The notes under the pieces are model-generated. The model saw only the letters and a list, made by a program, of their open reading frames with translations. It was not told where the DNA came from and did no database searches. A stretch of 64,000 bases of DNA from a virus, in IMG/VR virus record IMGVR_UViG_3300025888_000011, positions 64,001 to 128,000 of that record; one strand, written 5' to 3'. Below, piece after piece: positions 50,022-58,961 of this stretch; within the stretch, counting starts at the first letter, position 1; each line of letters begins with the position of its first letter. The translations under genes were made by a program, and so were the position numbers.

Positions 50022-51626
50022 ATGGCGATAAATAAATCTTTAATAATTTCGGGGGATAGAGTATTAACTTACAATGGTAGTTCATGGATTAATACTGGAT
50101 TATTAGAGCCACTAACAAAGCAAAATTATATTGATTATGGGATTACCACAACAAATATAATTCCTCAAAACAAATGGCAAGAGTTAGACGATTCTTTTGA
50201 GATTGTACTTTGGACAGATATGAATATGTCTGCTAAAGTTTTTATAGAAACGTCTAATTCATATAAACCAATTTATTTACTAAGTGACCCCGATTTATTA
50301 AGTTGGTCAAAAGACGATAATGATTTACAAATTACAATTACAGCAGATGTAGATAATTGTTCTAAAATATTAGTATCAAAAGACAACCGAAGAAGTTGGT
50401 ACACATTTAAAGAAGATACATGGACACAAGCTATTTTAAATAATATTCCCTCCGATGGTATGACAATTGAAAATATTAATGGAATTACAACGAATCAATG
50501 GGATGGATGGTTTGAAAGAGGATATTTGGATTTTGCAGTATGGATGCAAAAGCAAGGGAACTTGGAAGAATATACTTTAAAAAGTATAACGGCTAATTTC
50601 CCAGAAAATACACCTCCTTTATTAAATAGCTTTGTAGTTACTCCTGATAACATAGGAAGAAACGATATCCAAATTAATATGTCAATGCAAGAGTTAGAGG
50701 GAGATAAATTTAGATATAAAATTACTGTAAATAGTAACATTCTTGATAATATATCTAATAATGGGTGGTCTGAATGGTTAAGTGGAGAACAAATACAAAA
50801 CATTTCAAAAACATATAGTTATTTAGATTTTTTTATAGGAAATAATGATATTATAATTACACTTGAAGATGAGAGAGGTAAACAATATATCGCTCCTACA
50901 AAAACTATTATAATGGAGAATCAAAATCCGATATTAACAACAATAATTCATGATAATTGGAGTATTAGTGGAATAATAGAAGATTTTGATAATGATAAAA
51001 TTCAATATAGAATATTAATAAATGATATTCAGGTTTATCCTAGTAATTCAGGAATTATACCTATTTATACTAAATTTTATAGTGTTCCTTATGCTTTAAA
51101 TTATGAATGGAATAGTGACTCCTTGATATTCAATAAAACAGATAATAAAATTACTATAGAAATAAAAGATGAAGTAGGTGGAGTTTACACTATTGATTAT
51201 TCCAATTTAGTTGGAAAATATAAGAATCTTATGTTTAAAGACATGGATAATACTAAGTATTTTACTACAGATAAAGGGCAACTGATTAATTGGTCTTCTA
51301 GTCTATTAAGTTATTTAGATTTTGGCATACTAACAGCAGGGCAAGTTACTGAACCAGTAAAAATTTTACTTTCAAATGAATTCTCTCGTCCAATAGAGAA
51401 TGCTCAAGTTTCAGTAAATTTGGATACAGTAGTCGGATATGAAGTACATATTTCAAAAGATTCGTCATTTAATCCAACAGGAGTAGACACATTAGAAAAA
51501 TTAACATTCGATGGAGTAATGACAGATGGAGAACAAAAGGAATTCTATTTAAGAATTAGTACAGATGTTCACACTACATCAGTGGGTGGTACATTTGAAT
51601 TGGATACAAAATCAGATATTTTATAA
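50022..51626 (+). CDS. Cassette 2 gene C: Ig-like structural protein
   Basis: Paralogue of 45346..46935; YLDFGILTAGQ. Confidence 0.6.
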   Translation: MAINKSLIISGDRVLTYNGSSWINTGLLEPLTKQNYIDYGITTTNIIPQNKWQELDDSFEIVLWTDMNMSAKVFIETSNSYKPIYLLSDPDLLSWSKDDNDLQITITADVDNCSKILVSKDNRRSWYTFKEDTWTQAILNNIPSDGMTIENINGITTNQWDGWFERGYLDFAVWMQKQGNLEEYTLKSITANFPENTPPLLNSFVVTPDNIGRNDIQINMSMQELEGDKFRYKITVNSNILDNISNNGWSEWLSGEQIQNISKTYSYLDFFIGNNDIIITLEDERGKQYIAPTKTIIMENQNPILTTIIHDNWSISGIIEDFDNDKIQYRILINDIQVYPSNSGIIPIYTKFYSVPYALNYEWNSDSLIFNKTDNKITIEIKDEVGGVYTIDYSNLVGKYKNLMFKDMDNTKYFTTDKGQLINWSSSLLSYLDFGILTAGQVTEPVKILLSNEFSRPIENAQVSVNLDTVVGYEVHISKDSSFNPTGVDTLEKLTFDGVMTDGEQKEFYLRISTDVHTTSVGGTFELDTKSDIL

Positions 51627-51694
51627 ATTTACTAAATAATAAACATAATAACTAGAACACTCCAAAACTCAATGCAATGAGGATGTGATAAAAT

Positions 51695-54600
51695 GTGCAA
51701 AGTAATAAGGATTTAAATTCTGTTATTATAGTTAATTCAGAATTAAAAAAGAATAAAGCATATGGAAGGATACATATAAATTCTGCTTTAAATATGCCGA
51801 CTAAAATAACAGTATCAAATAATATGGATTTAAATTGTAGAGTTGTTATAAAACCAAATAACAAAATGTTTGGTAAGGTTGATATAGTTGAAAAAAATGT
51901 TATTGATAATTATTTATTGCCAATAAAAGACGCTTTTGTTCGGAGTGAACTTCCTGTATTCAATTATGGAGAACAACAAGATTTATTAGTTGGTAAAAAC
52001 AAACACAATAACGAAACATATCGTTCTCTTCTTGAATTTAACTTAAACTCGTTATCAAGAAATCTTATATTTATCTCAGCAAAATTAACACTAACATGTT
52101 TAGACTATGATGTATTATCATCTGATTTACAGTTATTTGAAGCAAATGAAAGTTGGTTTGAAACAGGTGTGACATATAATTCTGCACCTACTAGTAAAGA
52201 TTTGATTGCTAGTTTATCTGATTGTGGAAATAAAGGAGCACTTGAATTTGATTTATCAAATGTAATACAAGATTGGTATAAAGGTGATAAGATAAAAAAT
52301 GGTTTCATTTTAAAAGTAGCAGATGAAACTTTAGATGGATTTAAACGATTTGGTTCAAAAGAAAGCCAATTTAAACCAAAATTAGTATTACAATATTATG
52401 ACCCTATTCCAAAATCATATGGAACTTTAATAGTAAAATCAAAAATAGTTGTTAGAAAAAATGACTATATGGATTTACCCTCAAAAGTAATTGTTCCTGT
52501 GCATGATGGTGGTGGAGATTTTCCTTCACAAATTAAAGTTAGAAATGGGAATTATATAAATTCTTTAATAACAGTAAGTAGAGATTTTATTACTTCAAAA
52601 ATTACTGTAACTGGTAAATATGATATATTAACACAAGTGTCTATAAAAAATGATGGATGGAATCAACTACCCTGTAAAATAGATGTATCTTCTCCTTTTA
52701 TAGCAAGTAAGATAAAAATTACAAATTCAATTGATTTAAATACTGAGATTATTGTTAAAAGATATGACAATTCAATTATAAATTCTAAACTTATAGTACA
52801 TAGACCATTTTTAAATTCTAAAATAGTCGTTGGTGGATTAAGTCATCTCCCAATATTGCTTAAAATAAAAAGGGCAGAAGGAACAGATGTACCATCACAG
52901 ATTATTGTACAGAAATATCAGAATAATGATAAAAATTCTAAACTTGTTGTTACATATTTTAAGGATATGCCTTCTAAGATTAGGATAACTGGTAGAAATG
53001 ATTTTGATTCACAAATTACAATACGACAAAATGTTAATAGAGATATAAAGACTAAGATAATTAGTACGCATTTCAATGATTTAGTTACTAAGTTAAGAGT
53101 AACAGGAATATCACAAGAAGACAAAGATTCACAAATAATTGTAAAAAGAGAAGATTATAATGAATTAAATTCTCAGCTAATAATAAGCTATTTTAATGAT
53201 ATAAATACACTTATTAAAGTTACTACTGCCTCAATTGAATCACAAGTAATTGTTAGAAATTATAATGATAATGATTTTGATTCAAGAATTATTATAACTC
53301 CTACAAATAATATACTTTCAAAAGTAAATATAGCTTGGACAAAAGACATAATAACAAGAATGATAATAAAAATCCCTTATGCTTTTGATTTTCCTTCAAA
53401 GGTAGAGGTAAAAGACCCTGCTGTAATGTACTCGAAAGTTATTATAAGACATAATGAAACGTTTGATAAAGACTCTATATTAAATGTAAGCAAGGCATTC
53501 GTTGAATCTAGTTTATTAGTAAATATACCATTTATTAATAGTAAAGTTATAATTAGTCAACCTAGCATTGAAACTTCTATAACAGTACATAGACCATTTA
53601 TTGAATCAAAAGTTATCATTTCCAAGTCTTTTATCGAGTCAAAAATAAACGTATCTAAAAATAACTTACTATGTTCTATTACTATATTTAAGCCATTTAT
53701 TGACTCAAAAATAATAATTAATAGAGCTTTCATTGATACAATATTAAAAGTAAGAGAACATACTGATTCAGACATTGAAAGCAAATTGGTTGTCATAGAA
53801 CAAGGAATAAAAGATATACAAACTAAGATAAATATTTCTGTTCAAAACAAAATGTTTGGCAGAGTTGAAATAGAACGACCTCCAAATATCAAAGTAGAAA
53901 AATTTGCTATACAGGATGCTTATGTTAAGAAAAGTGTACCAATGTTTAATTATGGTGATATGCAAGATATGTATATCGGAAGTAATAATTATGGAAATGA
54001 AATTTATAGGTCATTATTATCTTTCACATTAAAAGATATACCAAAAACTGCTTATTTTACTAAGTGTAAATTAGTTTTAACTGCTTGTAGTTTAGAGTAT
54101 TATCCACATGATATTGAATTACATGAAACTAGTAAAGCATGGTATGAATATGGGGTAACTTATGCAGGTCAACCAAATTCGTTGGGAATTTTAGCTAAAG
54201 TTGAATCTTCAAATACTCTTGTTAGAAAATTAGAGTTTGATTTATTATCTTACGCTGATGGTTGGTATAATGGTATATCAATTAAAAATGGCTTTATATT
54301 GAAAAGTTCTGAAGAAAATACATCTGTCATTAAAAGATTTTTCACAAGAGAAAGTCTATATCCACCTATCTTAGAAATTGAATACTTTGATACGGCAGTT
54401 ATTAATAGAGTAAATGCTAATATTAACTCTCTTGTTACTGTTAGACAAAGCTCATATAAAGATTTGAACAGTAAAATAACCATACCTGTTTATGATTTCT
54501 ATGAGGACTTAAGTTCTAAACTCACAATTAGAAATCGTGGTAATATGGCTAGTGATATTGATAGTACTATTAGAATTTCTAAAGGAGATATGAAATCAAG

Positions 54601-55459
54601 TATTAAGGTTAGAAATTATGACGAAAATTGGATAAATTCAAAATTACTTGTTAGAAATTATGCTGACGATGATGGATTATTATCTTCCGTAAATATAAGT
54701 CAACCAAAGTTAGATTGTAAAATTATTGTTTATAGAAACGATAGTTTTGAAATTGACACTAAATTAATAACGAGAAGAATAGACAATATTGATTTGGATT
54801 CTGTAATTAATGTTAAAAAATATTCTGTTAAGGACATTAATACAAAAATTGGGATTAATAAGGATTGGTTGGACTCTAAAATTGTAATAAGAGAACATTC
54901 AAGTATTGATTGTAGAATTGAAATTAATAAAAAATCTAATGTTGATTTACAAAGTAAAATTGTAGTTAATTATACTAATGATATTAATTCAAAATTATTA
55001 GTTACTCAAATTAGTGATATCAAAAATAAAATAATAATACAAAGAAATGAATATAAAGATATTGACTCGAAGATTAAAATTACCAATGTTCATGATATTT
55101 CTACGAGGATAGATGTATCATATTCTAAAGATATTAATTCCAAAATTAAAGTTAGATTAATAGGTGATATTGATTTACCTGTAAAAATTACAGTAATTAA
55201 TATTTCAGATTTAGATACTAAAATTCAAGTAGTAAAAGGTGATATAAACTCAAGATTAGTAGTTAGAATTAATGAAACTATTGATTTAGATAGCAATATA
55301 ATAGTATTACCTACGAGTAATATTCTTTCTAGGGTTGATATTGTCCAAGTCAAAGATATTAATTCAAGCATAACAGTAAGAAGTTCTTTTTATAGCGATA
55401 TGTTATTTCAAATTACTATAAAAAATTATGGAGTAATAGGATATGCATACATTATGTAG
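51695..55459 (+). CDS. Large fibre protein with two DNRLRE/CBM96-like domains and many short beta repeats
   Basis: DAFVRS..FNYG..YRSLLEF..SAKL..W.E.GVTY occurs twice; (D)I.SKI.V repeats of ~10-14 aa. Confidence 0.7.
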   Translation: MQSNKDLNSVIIVNSELKKNKAYGRIHINSALNMPTKITVSNNMDLNCRVVIKPNNKMFGKVDIVEKNVIDNYLLPIKDAFVRSELPVFNYGEQQDLLVGKNKHNNETYRSLLEFNLNSLSRNLIFISAKLTLTCLDYDVLSSDLQLFEANESWFETGVTYNSAPTSKDLIASLSDCGNKGALEFDLSNVIQDWYKGDKIKNGFILKVADETLDGFKRFGSKESQFKPKLVLQYYDPIPKSYGTLIVKSKIVVRKNDYMDLPSKVIVPVHDGGGDFPSQIKVRNGNYINSLITVSRDFITSKITVTGKYDILTQVSIKNDGWNQLPCKIDVSSPFIASKIKITNSIDLNTEIIVKRYDNSIINSKLIVHRPFLNSKIVVGGLSHLPILLKIKRAEGTDVPSQIIVQKYQNNDKNSKLVVTYFKDMPSKIRITGRNDFDSQITIRQNVNRDIKTKIISTHFNDLVTKLRVTGISQEDKDSQIIVKREDYNELNSQLIISYFNDINTLIKVTTASIESQVIVRNYNDNDFDSRIIITPTNNILSKVNIAWTKDIITRMIIKIPYAFDFPSKVEVKDPAVMYSKVIIRHNETFDKDSILNVSKAFVESSLLVNIPFINSKVIISQPSIETSITVHRPFIESKVIISKSFIESKINVSKNNLLCSITIFKPFIDSKIIINRAFIDTILKVREHTDSDIESKLVVIEQGIKDIQTKINISVQNKMFGRVEIERPPNIKVEKFAIQDAYVKKSVPMFNYGDMQDMYIGSNNYGNEIYRSLLSFTLKDIPKTAYFTKCKLVLTACSLEYYPHDIELHETSKAWYEYGVTYAGQPNSLGILAKVESSNTLVRKLEFDLLSYADGWYNGISIKNGFILKSSEENTSVIKRFFTRESLYPPILEIEYFDTAVINRVNANINSLVTVRQSSYKDLNSKITIPVYDFYEDLSSKLTIRNRGNMASDIDSTIRISKGDMKSSIKVRNYDENWINSKLLVRNYADDDGLLSSVNISQPKLDCKIIVYRNDSFEIDTKLITRRIDNIDLDSVINVKKYSVKDINTKIGINKDWLDSKIVIREHSSIDCRIEINKKSNVDLQSKIVVNYTNDINSKLLVTQISDIKNKIIIQRNEYKDIDSKIKITNVHDISTRIDVSYSKDINSKIKVRLIGDIDLPVKITVINISDLDTKIQVVKGDINSRLVVRINETIDLDSNIIVLPTSNILSRVDIVQVKDINSSITVRSSFYSDMLFQITIKNYGVIGYAYIM

Positions 55460-55501
55460 GGCTTAATAAAAATATAAAAAACAAAGGAGAATGATGAAAT
55501 T

Positions 55502-56515
55502 ATGGCAAATGTAAAATTTTATAAAGGATTAAAAACGGCTCTACCTACAACAAATTGCACAGACAGTAGTAGTCTATATTTTTTAGAGGACTCTCAAGAA
55601 ATATATAAGAGTGTTTTAGGACAATTACCAATCAAAATGAGTGATTATATAATCTGTACAATCTTACCAGTCACAGGTCTACAAGGTAAATTATATTTAG
55701 AAACAACAACGTGGACTCTAAATGTATGGAATGGAACTATTTATAAATTAGTAGGAGGGAATCCATTAAATATTACTGCTAGTTCAGTTGATACATTTAC
55801 AAATAAGACAATAGATGCAACAACAAATACAATTAGTAATATAGATTTAGTCAACTTTAAAACAGGAGTAATTAGTACAGATAATACATTAGTTGGGAAC
55901 TCAGACAGCACGTTCAGTACAACTAAAGCAGTAAAAGGATATACAGATTCTACAATAAGCACTAACTTAACATCATTAAAGGGAGGAGTTGCTACAGACG
56001 GTGATACCCTTGCCAAGTTAAGAGGATTAATTGGTGGAATAGAAACTTTATTAAATTCTAATGATGTAAGTTTAGATTCATTACAAGAAATCGTAACATA
56101 CATAAAAGATAATAAAACAATTCTCGATGGAGTTACAACAACAAAAGTTAATGTTTCTGACATTATTGATGATTTAATTCATACAGATATAAATAAACCT
56201 TTAAGTGCAAATCAAGGTAAAAATTTAAAAGGATTACTTGATACTTTATCTACTCTTGTAGGAACAAAAGCTGATAAAGTAATAGGAGCAGTTGCACAAG
56301 ATATTGCTATTTTAGATGTAAATGGAAATTTAGTCGATAGTGGTAAGAAATTATCTGAGTATTCAACTTTAACTTATACAGATGCACAAGATGTAATTAC
56401 CTTAAATAGTAGTAAAAGTTATTCAAATGCTCAAGATGTGATTAATTTGGCATCAGCCAATAACTACACAGATTCAGCAATAATTTCAGCTATAAGTTGG
56501 ATAGACTTAGTTTAA
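55502..56515 (+). CDS. Fibre-like protein, paralogue of 37135..37956
   Basis: VKFYKG..LP; QGKLYLETTTWTLNVWNGT; LDSLQEI; PLSANQGK. Confidence 0.6.
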   Translation: MANVKFYKGLKTALPTTNCTDSSSLYFLEDSQEIYKSVLGQLPIKMSDYIICTILPVTGLQGKLYLETTTWTLNVWNGTIYKLVGGNPLNITASSVDTFTNKTIDATTNTISNIDLVNFKTGVISTDNTLVGNSDSTFSTTKAVKGYTDSTISTNLTSLKGGVATDGDTLAKLRGLIGGIETLLNSNDVSLDSLQEIVTYIKDNKTILDGVTTTKVNVSDIIDDLIHTDINKPLSANQGKNLKGLLDTLSTLVGTKADKVIGAVAQDIAILDVNGNLVDSGKKLSEYSTLTYTDAQDVITLNSSKSYSNAQDVINLASANNYTDSAIISAISWIDLV

Positions 56516-56597
56516 TAAAATAATATAAAATAAAGGTGGGTAACACAATCTCGCCTTTTTCTTTAATTTAAAAAGGGAAGGTGGGATTAAATGGATT

Positions 56598-57104
56598 ATG
56601 AGTGAAAAAATTAAGTTTATAAAGACAAGTCAGAGCAATTTACCTGCACAAGGGTTACTGGGTGGTATATATTTTTGTATTGATACGAGGAATCTGTATA
56701 TGACTAATAGCGATTCAACTTTATCTAAGTATTCAGATATAATTGAATTAGATACAGAAGATGAAAGATTAGGATTATTTGCACCTCTTACAGATAAATT
56801 CTATTATGTAAAATCATCAAAACGTATGTATTTTTATAAAGATTCCTTTGAGTTATTAGGTGGTTACTTGTTAGAGTCTAATTTTATAGCAACATTGGAT
56901 AATACAACAAATATAATTCATGGATTAAATTATAATCCTCTATATGATATTTTACAAGCATTTGATATGTATGTAGGAGGATTGTTGACAATAACAGAAA
57001 ACTATACTGAAAATATTAATAATAATAGTATTGACTTAGTTGAAATGAGTTTAAAAGTTGGTGAGAAAATTAAATTTAATTTATTTAAAAACATGAAAGT
57101 ATAA
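56598..57104 (+). CDS. Fibre-like protein, paralogue of the 37988 N-terminus
   Basis: IKF..SNLP..GIYFCID; GLFAPLTDKFYY. Confidence 0.55.
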   Translation: MSEKIKFIKTSQSNLPAQGLLGGIYFCIDTRNLYMTNSDSTLSKYSDIIELDTEDERLGLFAPLTDKFYYVKSSKRMYFYKDSFELLGGYLLESNFIATLDNTTNIIHGLNYNPLYDILQAFDMYVGGLLTITENYTENINNNSIDLVEMSLKVGEKIKFNLFKNMKV

Positions 57105-57402
57105 ATAATTTTAAGTGGAATTAATAACTCCACTTACTTTTTAGAGGAAATAACTTTAATTTGTTTCTTGTAAAAAGTAATATAATAATATCTAAAATAC
57201 TTACTAAATTTAATTAAATACTTTATCTTATAGTCTATGAATGGCTTAACTTGGTAGCAAATATTCACTCTCAGCAATCTCACAACTTAAATCATACTAG
57301 TATACATAATTACAAATTTGAAGCGTTTTAAAAGCAATCTGACAAGAATGTATATAAAACTAAATTAACTAAATTTAATTAACTATAATAATATAAAAAC
57401 TA

Positions 57403-57431
57403 TTGACAGTAAACCTTAAAAAGATTATAAT
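57403..57431 (+). promoter_or_regulatory. SigA consensus promoter upstream of XRE regulator
   Basis: TTGACA-17 nt-TATAAT. Confidence 0.8.
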
Positions 57432-57544
57432 CTAAATATAGGGAAATATTCTTATTAAATGCATGTGTTCATACTCTTATAATATTAATATCTTTAACAA
57501 TGTGATAGAATAATAATAGATACATATTTTTAAAACAAATTTTA

Positions 57545-58429
57545 TTGAATCTATATAATAAAAATATGAATAGAAATTATAGGAGATATTATATGACTAA
57601 TAAAGATAGAAACCCAATTAAGATTGTTGGAAAAGCTAATCCTATTAAAAAAGTTACTCAAAGAACATTGTTTGATATTGAGCCAAAGGAGATTAAAGTA
57701 GCTAAGGATAATGTTAATAATAATGAAGTGTCACATGTGATACCAAAACGTAAGAGAATTAAACTTATTAACTCAACACGTAGAACGCCAAATCGTAAAA
57801 AACTTAAAATTGATATGATAATAGATGATATTGAAGATAATAAAATGCAGAAGTCATTAGCTAAAAATGGATTGCGACAAGATAGTATTTTTGATGGAGT
57901 GACTACATTTTCAGAAAAAATAAAAGAAACAAATGAGCTTAGTAAATATAAAATGCCTCAAGAAGACAAAGATAAATTTATTAAATTAAGTGATGAAACT
58001 AAATTAGGAGTAATGGAAGTATTGTTAGATACCGTTGAGAATAACAAAAAGATAAAATCTCAAATGGATAAAATGATGAAAGATATGCAAAGTTTTAGAA
58101 GTCAAATAGCAACTTTAACAATTAGTAATAATCAGCAAATTAAAGAGAAGATAGTTGTAGATAAAAACAAAAAATGGACAATTGATGATAGTGCTTTTAT
58201 TGAGTTGTATACTATTTCATCAAAATTAAAAGATATATTAACAGAGGAAAGAATGAGTCAAACTGAGATATGTGAACATACTGGAATTAATAAAAGTACA
58301 ATGAGTAATATATTAAGTTATCCTGAAAAAATAACTTTATTGAACGCTTATAAGATTTCTAAAGTATTAGGTAAATCTATTGAAGAAATATTTGACTTTG
58401 ATATGCAAATGGAAGATTATGTAGAATGA
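57545..58429 (+). CDS. Protein with coiled coil and C-terminal XRE/Cro-C1 HTH
   Basis: LKDIL..MSQTEICEHTGINKSTMSNI..AYKISKVLGKSIEEIF; likely start ATG 57593. Confidence 0.8.
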   Translation: MNLYNKNMNRNYRRYYMTNKDRNPIKIVGKANPIKKVTQRTLFDIEPKEIKVAKDNVNNNEVSHVIPKRKRIKLINSTRRTPNRKKLKIDMIIDDIEDNKMQKSLAKNGLRQDSIFDGVTTFSEKIKETNELSKYKMPQEDKDKFIKLSDETKLGVMEVLLDTVENNKKIKSQMDKMMKDMQSFRSQIATLTISNNQQIKEKIVVDKNKKWTIDDSAFIELYTISSKLKDILTEERMSQTEICEHTGINKSTMSNILSYPEKITLLNAYKISKVLGKSIEEIFDFDMQMEDYVE

Positions 58430-58579
58430 TAAAATAAGAAATAAAAACTAAATAAATTTAGAATTATAGAAATAAATCTAATATATGAAATATTTATATT
58501 GTATATTGGAAAACCCTATGGTATACTTTTTTTATTGGGAAGTAATTCCTAAATAAGAATACATAGGGGGATTTAATAT

Positions 58580-58786
58580 ATGATGTTTGCTAAAGAAAAT
58601 AAAAATGGTGAAATAGAATTAAATGGGACAGAGAGTGAGATTGGGGAACTTTGTACGTTTAGAGATTTATTAGAATATGCTTCGGAAGGCAATAATTTAA
58701 TCAATGGATTTATTATGTGTAGAGATGGAATTATAAACGTTAATAATGAAGAAATTGAATTAGTTGTTAAATCCATTCATGTATAG
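58580..58786 (+). CDS. Hypothetical protein
   Basis: RBS AGGGGG. Confidence 0.5.
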   Translation: MMFAKENKNGEIELNGTESEIGELCTFRDLLEYASEGNNLINGFIMCRDGIINVNNEEIELVVKSIHV

Positions 58787-58836
58787 TACCAAAATTAAAT
58801 TGATTATAACAAATAGTAATATTTGATTATATATAA

Positions 58837-58961
58837 AAAAGATAGAATAATTATAAGGGTTGCAAACTGAATAATTAATTGACAAGTAGTGGTTTATCAT
58901 TCCCACTACTTCTTTTGTTGCGTCAAAAAATGGTATAAAAGAAAGAAAGGAATGATATAAA
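58837..58961 (+). ncRNA. Three-way-junction leader RNA, copy C (anti-SD in P3)
   Basis: P1 AAAAGA/TCTTTT, TAG, P2 TAATTAT/ATAATTA, TGACA, P3 AGTAGTGG/CCACTACT; TATCATTCC complementary to GGAATGATA (58949-58957). Confidence 0.7.

Noticed and set aside
42215-51626. Diversity-generating retroelement or invertase shufflon acting on the adhesin cassettes
   Set aside because: No reverse transcriptase or recombinase in the window, no adenine-specific TR/VR pair, and all cassettes are in the same orientation
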